Of a DNA stretch of 64,000 nucleotides, positions 13,035-25,639 are shown one piece after another. The DNA is taken from the NCBI GenBank assembly GCA_028534125.1, contig CM052819.1:2542001-2606000 (forward strand), in the 5' to 3' direction. The stretch's first letter is position 1, and the number at the start of each line of letters is the position of its first letter. A program made the position numbers and the translations under genes. Below the pieces are notes generated by a model that saw only the letters and a list, made by a program, of their open reading frames with translations, searched no databases and was not told the origin of the DNA. The stretch comes from Lama glama. Lineage: Eukaryota.

Positions 13035-13238
13035 CGTTGACCAGGCCGAGCTGGAAGACCGCGTTCACCAGCACGCCTCCCTTCCGGAAGTGGTCACTCA
13101 TGTGCTCCAGCCAGTTGGCATCCAGACCACTGACCGTCTGGCCGTTCCTGGAGACCCGGAGAGGAATGGTGACGGGATAGTACTGCCGGCACTGCTGGCC
13201 GCTCTTCGGTTTGTTGAAAAGGGCGAAGATCTCCATTC
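13035..13238 (-). CDS. RFTN1: Raftlin coding exon (~exon 6), 204 bp, phase 1 to 1
   Basis: Encodes (R)MEIFALFNKPKS...YYPVTIPLRVSRNGQTVSGLDANWLEHMSDHFRKGGVLVNAVFQLGLVN; acceptor ccccgacag|GA, donor AACG|gtacgg. Confidence 0.96.
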
Positions 13239-15358
13239 CTGTCGGGGATTTGTAAAGAGGAGGGTAGGGAGAGAAGAGATCAAATGGTGAGAAGCTGCCT
13301 CATTGGGCCCCACAGAACCTCTCAGGAGCCTCGGGAAATGATACCAAAGGCAAAATATTTATTAAGTTGCACTGTTGCCTAAAAATAAAACCCAATTCCG
13401 AGCAGTAAGGTGCCCTGAAAGTGACAGGGACTTCAAGTGTGGAGTCCTAAGAGGACTCAGGTTTGAATCTGGCATATAACCAACAGCTCTCAGCCGGGAT
13501 TAATTTGCAAGGTTAGGTGTCTGCGAGAAAGACATCGTAGACATTTCTAGAAATCCACACCAATGTGTGTTTTGGAAGAAAAAGTGGGCATATTTTGGTG
13601 TTAAAGAAAAAACAAATGCACAAAGTCACACAAACACAAGAACACAGCTGTGATTCCAGGAACCGTGTACACCCCTGAACTCACTATTTATAAATTGCAG
13701 TGGTGTTTCCTGGGGCCAAACCCATAATACTTAATCAAGTACATCAAAAATACATCATTGATATGTAAAAATAAATACGTTCCAGTAAACGAGGGTTCCT
13801 GCCCAGAGCGGTGGGGTCGCTCCGACAGCCAGGCAGGCACTGGGAGTCAGGCCCTGCTTCCCGCTCCTTCATTTATAGCTCGGTTCTTCAAAAATCAATA
13901 CTCACTCTCGCCCAGCAGCAGTCCTACGCCTGCCTGCCTGCTCTGTGTGCTGCTGGTCGTGAGTGGCCAGCGTCAGCCTCCAGAAGCTAATACCTGGAAT
14001 TTCCACCTAAGTCTGAAGGTCTATTTTTGTGTTTCTCATTTAGTCAAGTCATCAGAGTTCGCCCAGCTTAAAGAGCTTTGCTTACACAGGCTAGCTAGAA
14101 TACGCTTGGGTAAGAAGAAGATCCACAACCTTTTTCCAAAAAAGTATCTGAAAGGTCATGAACAATGGTTGACCTTAGCAAGAAGGACAAAGGGCAAGCA
14201 TGCTCCCCGCAGGAGACACCTCGCCTAGACCCCCATGCTGAGACACCTCTGTTTCAGTGTTTCACAACTTTTGCAGTATCCGAATGCATGACTTTTTTTC
14301 AATGGACACACTTCCCTTTATCTACATAAGGGCACTCAAAAGGAAACTCTAGCTTTACCACCGTTAGGAAAGCCACTACCTGTCTGCCGCAAACAGGAGG
14401 GGAGGAGGCAAATTCACACAAACACATGCACCCGTGCATCTCAGATTATCCCACACGGTGACCGTATTCTGGGACAAAGGAAGTCTTTTCACAGCCCCAT
14501 TTGAGCAAGCACCAGCAGAGATCTCCAGGGAGCACTTCTGGGCCACAGACTCTGCCGTCAGCAGCCGTGGGGATGAGAGGGAGGGGAAGGAGGCATTTCT
14601 CGCCATCCACTGCACAGAACCAGTTAGGAAGGAGGGGCCCCCATCTTCACAGACGGCCACCTGGATTTTCAACAACCAACGCTGGCCCGTTCATCCTCCC
14701 CACCCCAAACTACTTTTCTTGGTCCATTTACCTGACTCAGGAAGCCATTGAAAATCCCAGCCAGTAAGTGCTTTCACATGGGCAATCAGGGCTAGGTGTA
14801 TGGAGCGAGCCATCCCTAGACCTTCGCGACTTTCACATACACATTTGGGGAATGGGGTCATGTAGGGAAAGGCTTGTAACAGATGGGAACGGAGCAATGG
14901 ATCAGAGCTGAGGGACGGGTCAGGACGTGATGGGGGCATGTTCCAGTCCAAGGTGTCAGGGGCTCACATAAAAGCTGCAGCTGCTAAAGGCCAGAGGCTA
15001 AGCCACCAGCGAGTCCTTGACTTTATCTGGATTTCTTCTAAAGCAGACCCTGTATGCTTCTGGGTGCAAGTAGTTCGCTGGGGAAGTGATCCCAGGAGAC
15101 AGAGCGAGGGAGCCGAGAGGAGAAACAGGGCAGAGATGAACGCCAGGGCAGGCTGCGCTGATGAGCAGGTTCCTTCCAGGGCAGCTGGGCACCCGAGACA
15201 CTGTGCACACACACCCCAGATCGCCCTAAGAGGGTTAAAGGAAGCTGGCATCTGTCCTCAGGGGCTGAGGGCCACTCTGGAGGCATTAATTCCCTGGGGC
15301 ATCTGCCCCATTCCAGAGTCATCTGCAGGCAGAGATTAAGAAAGCCGTCCTCTTAGTC

Positions 15359-15517
15359 GGGAGGGCACAGCTCAGTGGTACAGCACGTGACTAGCATGCA
15401 CGAGGCCCTGGGTTCACTCCCCAGTACCTCCATTAAATAAATAAACAAACAAACAAACAATCAATCAATCAATCAATCAAACAAGCCAATCTAATTACCA
15501 CTCCCCACCCCAAAAAA
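15359..15517 (+). mobile_element. Vic-1-like SINE, long-tail form with a compound (AAAT)(AAAC)(AATC) microsatellite
   Basis: tRNA head, tetranucleotide linker, CTAATTACC-C-rich 3' module; TSD AAAGCCGTCCTC/AAAGCTGTCCTC. Confidence 0.9.
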
Positions 15518-16080
15518 GCTGTCCTCAGGTGATCTCAAGGTGGGCCACAGCACTGGTCACCACAGTCTGCCACAGTCAAGCACAAACACATGATGAGTGG
15601 GGAACTGAGACGTGGCCGAAGTCCAAGACTACATGACGACACTTGGTCACACAGAAGGACCCCCCCAGTTACAGGGCCAGGGGAAACCACAACTTTCCCA
15701 CAAGCATAATGAGAAAGAGGGAACGCGGGGGGGAGAGTGCCAGGGCGGGGCGGGGAATTCGGAGCCTCAACGCAGAGGAGGTGGATGGTGGGGTACTGAC
15801 AGAGGCCCCCAGTTTTCCCGTCTGGATCCTCCCGGGGGAGAAGGACCGAAGCCAAGGACAGAAATAAACTTTTCAGGAAGGAAAAGGAAAGGCTGCTAGA
15901 ATCCAAAGCCACCAAAGCCTGAGCAGCAATGAAACATTGGAAGAAACCTGATTTCAGATGCAGAACCCTTCCGGAAACTCCTCAGCCCTGCGGGCTCCTT
16001 GGCCACGGACCTCTCGACTCACATGGAAACCAGCCAAGAGAAACTGTCCCCAAATGATGCCTTTTGATGTCTTAATATTC

Positions 16081-16172
16081 TTTTAATTTTTTTTAATGGA
16101 GGTGCTGGGGATTGAACCCAGGACTTTGTGCATGCTAAGCACACGCTCTACCACTGAGCTACACCCTCCCCC
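16081..16172 (-). mobile_element. Vic-1-like SINE
   Basis: Reverse complement of the tRNA-Ala head preceded by a T tract. Confidence 0.9.
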
Positions 16173-19100
16173 ACCAGAAGTCTGATCCTCCAACACACAT
16201 CCTCACATGAGCAGGCACCAGGGATTCCAAAAAGAAGTCCAAGTTTGTTTACCTTTTCTCAGTTGCTCTGGGACTCTGTCCTGACCCCAGCTAGAAGATT
16301 TTTCCAGACATGGGACAGAATGTCCTAAAGGAGGGGACGCATTGTTCTGAGAATGCTCTGAGAAGGGCTGAAAAGCTGCCCAGGCCAGCACCCAGGGAGC
16401 TCCGAGACAGTCCTGTCTTGTAGTTCTGCTTCTGTCTGGTGTCTTGTTCTTGCCCCCTGACTCGGGAGTAGAGGGGGCTTGTCTTGATCCCTTGTGTTTA
16501 GAAAAGGTGCACATTCAGAAAACATGGTAGGTGCCACATAGATGTTTGATGGATGGACCTCAGCCAGACAAGGGCGAGAAGTTAGGGAGGAGGGGGCAGG
16601 GCTGGGGCCGGCCAGGCGCTGCTGGCGTGACAGCCTGTTCCGCTCAGGCCTTGCTGTTAAATTCCTCAGACCAAGGAGGAAGCAGGCAGATGTCCAGTTC
16701 TAAGGCTGGTACCAGGCAGGAGGGACTCAGGCACGGAACAGAAGTCTGCAGGCTTCCAGAGAGCCCACCACTTGCAGGAAGGAGGTGGGCTGCTTGGGGC
16801 CTGGCATCCCAGGAGACCCCCACGCTGCAGGAAAGAAAGCGCTCAGAGTCTGGCCAGAAGCATGGGGCTCCGAGGGTGGAGGAGAAGGCGGCTGGCGAGC
16901 TAGCTGGGTTGGCAGGAACAAGCGGGTGTCAGAGTTGGCCTGGGGGCTCCGGTCTGCAGAGGTAGGCAGGGGAGTGAAGATGAAAGGTGTGCACTGGGAA
17001 GGCAGGGCTGTGGGTGCCGTCGGGAGAAGAGAGGGCAGATTTCTGAATCTGGGAGGAGGCTGCTTCAGGCTTGGGTGCTAACAGTGTGGCATCTCTATGC
17101 TTGGGGGTGGCCTGCTTGCCTGGCAAAGCATGGAACCCACTGCACGCACAGCCATTCACAGAGTCCCCCTGGTCAGGATGTCAGCGGCCCCAGGCACATG
17201 GATGCATTGTCAAGGCCCTCCAGAGCTACCATTTCATGTGACCCTCCAGCCCCCACTGCATCCCTTCTGTGCCCAAAAGCCTTGAGTGGATCCCCAGGAA
17301 TCACAAGCTGGTAAGAGGCAAAGCCAAGAGTCTTTCAAACCCCCAATCCTGGGCTGCCTCCCAACTCTAACAAGAGGCTAATCTCATCGGCACACAGAAA
17401 GCGGGCGCCGACGACCACGGGTGGGAGTTCAACAGCTGTTTGTTAATGGATGGAGTAAAAGGCCAGAGAGATGGTGGCAGGTGGTAGATGGGGGGTGGGG
17501 GAGGGGACAGAACCACAGGGAACTATCCCAGGGGCCCCAGGAAGGGTGGACAGGTCCAGCGAGGGACGGGGCACGCCATCAGAAAAGGCAAGCTTGGAGG
17601 GCATCCCCCAGCATGAGTGCCTGCCCAGGGACCTACTGGAGAGAACCCCTCCCGAGGAGGACACTGAGGTCCCTGGCTCGGGTTTCTGGCTGCATCTCCA
17701 GGCATCTGGAGTGAGGAGGCGCAGGTGGGAAGGCAGAGCTCGGAAGGCTTTGATTGTTATTCCGGTGACCGTGAGAACAGGTCTAATCTGCGCTAACCTG
17801 CGTGGCCTCCTTGCTCCTCCGACTGCAGCTGCAGCAGAAGACAAGCTGGGGACGTGGGAGACAGGAGAGAAACACCAGGGGACATCCAGCGACACCTCCC
17901 TAACCTTTCTGAGCAGCGGCCTCCCCCCCTGGCCTGTTTACGGTGAATGACGGAAGCTTCTCCCCATCGCAGAAGCCCGTGGGGAACCCAGCAGGGGGGC
18001 TGTATTTTGGGTCTCCCCCGGAGCCAGGGGGGCAAGTGTGAGGTCTGAGACGGGAGCATCTTGGAGCAGGGCCATCCCACCCCAGCTCAGGTGATGTGTG
18101 CACAGCACAACATCAAACCAAGGCCATTCCCCAGGATGCAGAGATAAAAGTCCGTGAGGGAGAAGAAACTCCCACGGGGAGCAGAACTCCGGTGCCAGAG
18201 CAGTTCCTGAGGCCCGCGGGGGGCGGCGGATGGAGGGGCGCCCGGTTTCCCGCTGGGGCATGGGGACTGAGCTGCGACAGTCCTGTCTGAGCAGTGGCGC
18301 CCAGCTCCCCCAGGCTCCTACAGAGGAAAGAAATGAAAGAGGGAGGCAGAGGGGAGGAGGCAGACTCCCTCTGGGTTTTTTTTTAATTGTCTTGCTGTGA
18401 TTGCCTATTTAAGCCCACCTGGCAGAACGAGGAGTAAAAGCACTTCGCCCTCCTTAGGGGGCCCGGAGAGAAAGATAGCTGAACGTCGGGCAAGGAGCGG
18501 GGAGGGGCGGCCGGTGGGGGCGGGGAGGGGGCAGTGCATGGACTTCCCAGGGAGGCCAAGGCAGGGCTCCCCCAGAAAAACAAGGGGAGAAGCAGGGGTC
18601 AGGTGGGGGCCATGATCCACGGGGACGGGGCCCCCGGACATTCAGCCTTCAAGGAGGCTGAGTGCTCCAACTACGAGATACAGTCCAACTCTATGAGCGC
18701 GTGCAAGGTGACTTTCTCGCGCACCTGCCTCTCCATGACTCCTGCCCAGACCCCAACCCTCCCACAGTCCTGGATGGGAGAGCCGGGCTCCAAGGAGGCC
18801 CGTCCCGCTTCTCAGGATTCAGCCCAACGGCAGTGTGAGACGGAGGCTCTGAAATAAGACTGGGACGCTCCTTGGGAGGCGCCCACAGGGTCCCAGTGTG
18901 CTCTCAGCTGCTCTACGGGAGTCCACCTGCCGCCGAGTCCACCCCTCACCGTGTGAAGAGTCCCGCATGGCAATCCACGTCACACATACTTAAGAAGGAT
19001 CAGGGCCTCGATGAAGCGGACCTAAGTCTCTCCCAGAACTGAGGCTGCTCCGATCTCCCCGCCAGGGTCAACCTGCCAACCAGCCCCAGAACTAACCACC

Positions 19101-19395
19101 CCACAGCTTTCTTTTCAGGAAGAACTGACATCACAAGAGAAACTACTTCGCCCTCTTTTCTGTTCCCCAGGCATCAATGGTCCCTCGGCATTTATAAGAG
19201 GCTGACTTCAAGAATTAGTCAATAAATCGTAACATTAACCAGGGAGATGACCCAGAAAGGCCTACAGAGAAAGGGGACTCCTGTGATGATACAAGAGCTC
19301 ACCCGCATCACAGGCAGGAGGCAGGGACCACCGTGCAAAATGCTTCCTGGCACGGGGCCTGGTTCAGGGCAAGCAGGAATAACCGCTGGTAGAGA

Positions 19396-19507
19396 GGGAG
19401 GGTGGCAGCTCAGCGGCGGGGCGCGTGCTTAGCGTGCACAAGGTCCTGGGTTCAACACCCAGTGCCTCCATTAAAAAAAATTTTTTTTAAATAAAAGAAA
19501 AAATAAA
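19396..19507 (+). mobile_element. Vic-1-like SINE
   Basis: AGCTCAGCGGCGGGGCGCGTGCTTAGC...GGTTCAACACCCAGTGCCTCCATT plus AT tail. Confidence 0.87.
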
Positions 19508-20140
19508 CATCAACTAGCATCCTCGTTGTGTTGATTTCTGATCCCCAACCTGCAGCACAGGCTCCAATGGCCGGTGCGACCATGTGATTAAGAGGGTCCA
19601 CCTGTTGGTGGCGGCTCCTTGGCTGTGTCCCCTCCGCAGTGCTCATCCGCCAGCTATATCAACTCCCTGAAATCTGGTGGTTTACAGCCGAGTGAGCTGC
19701 ACCACCAGCTTCCTGCACAGCTTGTCCTCAGCTGACTGCCTTGGTTTCCTTCCTGAGGCAGATAATCAAAACAAGCGGCCCTGAAGTGGAGGGTACTTTC
19801 TGCACCGGTGGCCAGCGTGTTAGACTTCCTGTGTTAGAGCAGGGTAATTCCGGGGCAGCGCAAGGACACAGGGGGTAAAACACCTCTCCGTCTAGAATCT
19901 ACTTCACACGTGACACTTTGGAGCAGCTGCAGGTCAGTGTCACGTGGTCCTGCTCCCCGGAAGTCACAGCTTCAGGAAGGCAACAGTCAGGAGGTCCGGG
20001 ACACTGCTTGACAGTTTCTCCTGTCTGATGGACTGCTGTCTCTAGATAATTCTGCTCCTTTTTCCTAAGATGCCAGGGGGATTCCTGAAAAGCTAGCAGC
20101 CTCTGTAAGTGGGTCAGAGTCCTCACGAGGACATACTTAC

Positions 20141-20471
20141 TTCCTGAGAGTGGTTCTCTTTGAGCTTCTGACGGGTCACCATCCGGTCCATCTGGGGTCT
20201 CGCTCACCCCGCGCAGTGGAGATTCCGCGCCGTCACACTCTCCTGAGGCTGAGCGGGGCTGCTGGGCGGCAGGTGTCTCCCCTCCCGGGCCCTGGCCAGG
20301 CTCTGGGCTCCCGTCTGCAGCCCCCAGGCTCTCCTCATCCCCACACCTGCCAGGCTCCTTTGTCGCATTCCTGGCGTCCGTCTGGGGGCCGCTGCCTGCT
20401 GAGGTCCCCGGGCAGCGGTGCTGAGGTATGACCCCCACGAATTTCAGGCCCCGACTCGCAGCCTCCTGGAC
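20141..20471 (-). CDS. RFTN1: Raftlin coding exon (~exon 5), 331 bp, phase 0 to 1
   Basis: Encodes VQEAASRGLKFVGVIPQ...AQREPLSG; acceptor ttgccccacag|GTC, donor GGAA|gtaagt. Confidence 0.95.
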
Positions 20472-21635
20472 CTGTGGGGCAAACAGAATGGAAGGACCGG
20501 GTGAAGGGGACGTCCTAACAAAGGTGGGAGGCCTGCCACACCTGAAACGCCTCAAGGCAGCACCCACACCCCAGCCCCGGCCCCACTGGGAACAGACAGC
20601 ATGGGGCTGGCTTTTCTGAAACTATGGAAAAATAAAACATTTGGCTGTGAAGGGCTGGGATGACCTCCCTTTGAAACACTGCATTAGTCCCGATGAGTAA
20701 TTTTTTTCTAAGAAGCTACAAAAAGGTTCTAAAAGGATGAGCTGGAACAAAGAGGCTGAAAGGGAAGTTCATTTTGGTAAGGGTTTATTTTTTCTTTTTT
20801 TCTGATGAATCACCTACTTCCTGCTAATCAGGCTACCATCTAACGCAACAGGTCTATATAACCAGATACTAACCACCAGGGGACATTTTATGACCGAAAG
20901 AGCTTCCTCTTTTAAACAATAGTTTTGGCAGAGTAGGGCAGGGGTGGGGAGGATCCCCCTGCGCAAAAGCCGGCGGGAATATCCCAGCGAGAAGGGACAT
21001 CCAATGACAGTAGTCTACAGGGAAGCCAAAGGCGTCCAGAAATCACGGCCAGCCCATCGGCATCGCTCGGCCACACTCCCTGTACCCCGGTCCAGGTAAC
21101 AGGTGGCCCCTGCTCACCCGAGCCTCCAGATGGGGGCCAAATGGCCACACGGAGTACTGTGCCACGTTAACTCTCCCCTCCCTAAAAAACACCCCAGGCA
21201 ATTGGCTAACAGTCAGAAGTGAGAGAAAAATGGAAGGTAATAGCCAAATAAAATCAAGCAAGAGCCGGCCAAAACTAGGAGATAGGTTTCAAGGGACTTT
21301 CTGGGCAAGGATGCTCAAGTCCCTTTACCAATAAATCAGGAGGTGGCAGCCTCTGAGCTGTGTGAGTGTTAGTCACCAACCCCCAAGTGGATGACCTCAG
21401 AAAATCCTGAGGCTTCCGCAGTGATGGGACCCTGGCATTGAGAATTAGTACGAAATCCTAGCACAGAGCTACTCTCTAAAGGAGAAGCCAGCCTTGGTAG
21501 CCCTCCCCGGATGGTCCACCCTAACTTAAGGCAGAAGGTCATTTCAGTTCAACACGGGCCATTCTAGAAAATGACCTGGAGCAGTTAAGAATATACAGCC
21601 CAGCCTTTCTATAAAGTCTAGCCTGTGCCAGACAT

Positions 21636-21870
21636 AATGATAACAATAGTAGTAACTACCATCTGCTGCAGGCCTACTATGCACCGAGCCCTGCACTGTG
21701 CATTTTATAGAAACTGTTTTGCTAAATCCTTTAACGACCCTGCATGGTATCATTATCTTCATCTCAGATGAGGACACTGAGACCCAGAGACATTAAAGTC
21801 ATAAAGCAAGCTGTGGGCAGCCAGGGTTCAAAGCCAGGCCTGCCTCGGATCCAAGCTCATTCTCTCTTAA
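21636..21870 (-). mobile_element. MIR SINE
   Basis: Core CAGATGAGGACACTGAGACCCAGAGA with MIR flanks. Confidence 0.75.
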
Positions 21871-22502
21871 GTTCAAGACCAAGTGGACACTTGTCCAAGC
21901 ATCAAGCACATACATGTTCTTGGGTATGTCCGTGCCCATACGCATGCCCATGGCTGGCTCAATTCACATTTCAGAAGTTAAAAAGAAAAACTTAAAGTCA
22001 TCCTTTTCATCCTGAAAATTCATTTTTTACCCACGAATCTGTGATATCTACTTAATGTTAGGAATTGTTTTGGAAAGCTTCTAAAAAGAAGACACAGGCA
22101 TCAAAAGTTTTAAAAGAAAAGAGTGGGGAGATAATAACCCCAAAAAGCCTTAGGTTAAGGGACAGCTGACAAGGTACAGCTCCGAGCTCCCTGGCAGCAC
22201 AAAGGAAAAGAGAAATGCAATGGATTTCACAGTCCTCCCACGAAACAAGGAAAGACTCCTGGTCAATATGATAGAAGCATAATATGCCAGTAAGAAACTG
22301 CTGTATGACACTGGCTGAGATATGCAGCAAATTTTTTTCCTTAGTCTTACAGAAAATGAAGAGACATTTTTCTTACCCTGTTTTATATTCTTAACTCTTG
22401 ATAGAAGGTGGAGACATTTTGATAAGGCACAGATCTTTGTTTTTCAGCACTTCCAAGTCTCATTTTAAACAAACATCCCTCCCCTTTAATTCTATTTTCC
22501 AG

Positions 22503-23020
22503 TTTTTAAAAATTTTACTTATTAAACTCTAGGTGATTTACAATATTGTGTTAGTGTCAGGTGTACAGCTTCCAATTCTTTTCCATGACAGGTTATTACA
22601 AGATAGCAAATATAGTTCCCTGTGCTGTACAGTAATTCCTTGTTGTTTATTTTATGTTTAGTGGTGTGTGTATATTAATCCCATACACCTGATTTATCCC
22701 TCCCCCTCCCCTTTCCCCTTTGAAAACATAAACTTGTTTTCTATGCCTATGAGTCTATTTTGTAAATAAGTTCACTTGTATCTTTTTTTTAAGAGTCCAC
22801 ATATAAATGGTGATATTTGTCTTTTCCTAACTTACTTCACTTAACTTAGTATGATAATCTCTAGGTCCATCCATGTTGCTGCAAATGGTATCAATTCATT
22901 TTTATGGCTGAGTAGTATTCCATTGTAGAAATATACCACAGCTTCTTTATCCAGTCCTCTGGTGGCTTGCATGGCTTGGTTACTGTAAATAGTGCTGCTG
23001 TGAACATCAGAGTAGAGCAC
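22503..23020 (-). mobile_element. L1 3' end (cetartiodactyl type), 5' truncated
   Basis: GATTTACAATATTGTGTTAG, TAGTTCCCTGTGCTGTACAG, CCATCCATGTTGCTGCAAATGG; the minus-strand ORF reads PFAATWMDLEIIILS (ORF2 C-terminus). Confidence 0.9.
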
Positions 23021-23709
23021 AGACCTTTGAAGGCCCTGCTCTGCGGAACTACAATGAAATAATTCAGGTAATCTGACAGATGTGGACAACCACAACAGAC
23101 GGTGGCATTCCACAATGTGTCAGAGCCTGGGCCCTGGACCACCTGAGTGCCCCCTCCCCAGGTTCCCACTGCAGCGGTGAGATGGCTTTTCTCTAGTCTT
23201 AACTGTTTGTGAAACGATGCTGCCGGCATATGGTTCTTCACAAGGGTTTGGGAGGACTGGCTTTTCCTGTCGTTTTGAACACATTATGTGCATTTTCAAC
23301 GCCCTGAACTAGCAGGTAAAATAAATTACAACTAAACTTCCACGAACTTTTACCTTTGAGAAAATAATACGGATCACTTCCAGATGGAGCTCGTCCAGGC
23401 AGGACAGTCAGCTCTTTCCTCACAAACTGCACCTGCTGTTATAGCTCTTGAGAGGCCCCCCCCACCCCAGTGTGGCTCTGTCCCTCATGAACCTCAAGTC
23501 TGAGAGTCTCCATCTGCTGCTACACCGGAGAAGCACGTAGGCTGAGGCCCAGCCCTGCTACCAGCGTCTCCCTGCAGAGGAAGCAGCGAGGGATGCTGAA
23601 GAATTTCTGCCAGTCGGCAGCACTGAGGGCTCAACCACAGGTCGGTCTCAACTTGAGTCACGGGGTTTGGACGCAGAAAGGCAGCATTTGAAGCCCCAGA
23701 TGTCTGACT

Positions 23710-23880
23710 CACTGGCTTAGGGAACCGGGGTATGGGACCTGAGCTTTCTGGCCTCAGTTTTCTCATCTATTAAATGGGGGGAACCACACCTCCCCTGCAG
23801 CTGCTCTGGAGACGAGACATTACACATGGCGAGGGTGCCGTGGGACAGGCACAGAGAGGCGACCGTGGCCATCATTACTG
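23710..23880 (+). mobile_element. MIR fragment
   Basis: GCCTCAGTTTTCTCATCTATTAAATGGGG core. Confidence 0.6.
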
Positions 23881-24116
23881 CTCCACCTGCCTCCTCATCG
23901 GTCCCGGACTTCAGTGACTCTGCAGAGACTGCTGGGGCTCATCCAGAGTGAAGAGGCGAGGACCCTGCACTCAGGGTAGCACCCCAGAACCCTCCCTCCT
24001 CACGGGGGCCTGAAGAATCAGAGAGGCTTTGATGTAAACCAGACCTGTGTCCTCCCACAACAAACTGGACAACCACATTTCTTTGCCCTGCTAGACTACA
24101 AACTTATCCTCTATGT

Positions 24117-24301
24117 CAGGGTTTCTCAACACGGGTGCTCATATCGGCAGCCTCAGCCTGGGGACTTGCTAGAAATGCAAATTCTCAGGCCCCTCTGAAT
24201 GGGAAACTGAATCAGGAACTCTGGGGGCAGAGCCCAGCGATCTGTGTTTGAGCAAGCCCTCCAGGTAACTCACATGTACCGTAAAGTTTGGGAATTACGG
24301 C
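24117..24301 (+). mobile_element. MER5A hAT-Charlie MITE
   Basis: CAGGGTTTCTCAA start; TAGAAATGCAAATTCTCAGGCCCC; AAGCCCTCCAGGT. Confidence 0.8.
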
Positions 24302-24304
24302 TCT

Positions 24305-25270
24305 AGAAGGTGCTTTCCACGAGGGCAGGGGTTCTGTGCATTGCTGGGTCCCCAGTGCTAGAATGACGTCCCACATAAAGTACGTGCTCAGTAAAGATCT
24401 GTGGAACAAATGACTGAATGAATGCATAAAATAATGAGAGGATACACTCGTCCCCTCTCCCACAAAGAGTTCCTAGCAGGTAAGGATGGAGATCAATTCA
24501 TTTTTCAGCTGTAGAATTCAACAAACATTTATTAAGTCCCTACACTGGCCCAGACCAACATCATGCCTAGGTGCTAGGGATAAGAAAGAGGAGTCCTAAC
24601 TCTCAAAAGAGTCAGCCGATTACTGTAAATAGACTTAAAATCATTACACTAACATGGCACAATAATGCTTATATTATCATGTTATACAAAAAAAATCAAG
24701 ATTCCAAACTTTTTACACACAGTATTATGACACCGAGACAGTATTTCACGAGTATGTAATTTTTCAAAATGTATCTAATAAGCATGCCTCTTGCATTTAT
24801 AATGGAAAAAAAAATATTCCAGCAATGTCTCATGAAGGGTGATAAATGCAGCGACAGATAGAAAGGTATAGAAATGATGGCGATGGAAGCGATTATTTCC
24901 ACCTGAAGGGGACACTGAGGAAAGTTCCTCATGGAAGATGTGGGAGGTGACAAACGAGATGGTGTCTTACAAATGGAAGAGGCGAGGCGTGGCAGCACTG
25001 GGGTACACATGCCTCACCTATAACTTCCAAATTCAAATCCCACCCCCCGCCGAAACACAACACTAAATAAATCCTATGCGGGGACCAAATCTGCAGGAGG
25101 CTTTGAAGGATGAAGAGGAGTTCGCCAGGAAGGTGAAAGAAAAGAGACGGAACAATCATCATGGGCAAAGGCTTGGGGGTGTGTAAGAACCTGAGTATTG
25201 AAGAAATTTCTAGAAACATTTCTGGAACTTGACATGGGAAGCCAGGAGTGCCCAGAAATGAGGCTGGGCT
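24305..25270. mobile_element. Cluster of L2 fragments (a plus-strand 3' end, then minus-strand pieces)
   Basis: GCTCAGTAAAGATCTGTGGAACAAATGACTGAATGAATG and ATTCAACAAACATTTATTAAG L2 termini. Confidence 0.6.
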
Positions 25271-25639
25271 GTTTACTTTTCTTGGGGGGGGGATTCCTGG
25301 AAGTGGAATGAGTGGGTCAAGAGCTATTAGCTTTCAAAGGCTTGGGAACAGGCTGCCACACTGTTTACCAGAAAGGGGAGTAGTCTTTTTTTAACCAGAA
25401 GACCTGCATTTAGATTTCATAAAGATCAATATTTGGTTGGACTCTTGGGGCCCTGGGGCTTCTGGTTTTCTGCCTCGTCCTGGCAGGGAACTTTCTTTTC
25501 TCTTTTTCATAATGTCCCTTGACTATGTTTGTCAAACTGAACTTTGTTTGTTTCCTCTTCAAGCATTGATTCATTCGCTGATTCACAACCTTCCTTAAGC
25601 AAGCCTCACGCTCATGATAAAGGCGGGCCCGGGACAGTG

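Noticed and set aside
18150-18720. CpG island or internal promoter (also about 61590-61750)
   Set aside because: GC-rich, but CpG density looks only modestly raised and short; not supportable without computation
19899-20567. 222-aa ORF as an independent gene or an extended exon
   Set aside because: It is RFTN1 exon 5 plus stop-free intronic flanks; strong splice sites bound the part homologous to raftlin
20873-20885. CTCF-like CCACCAGGGGACA (also CCACCAGGTGGGG at 7554-7566)
   Set aside because: Single-mismatch motif hits are expected in 64 kb and have no other support
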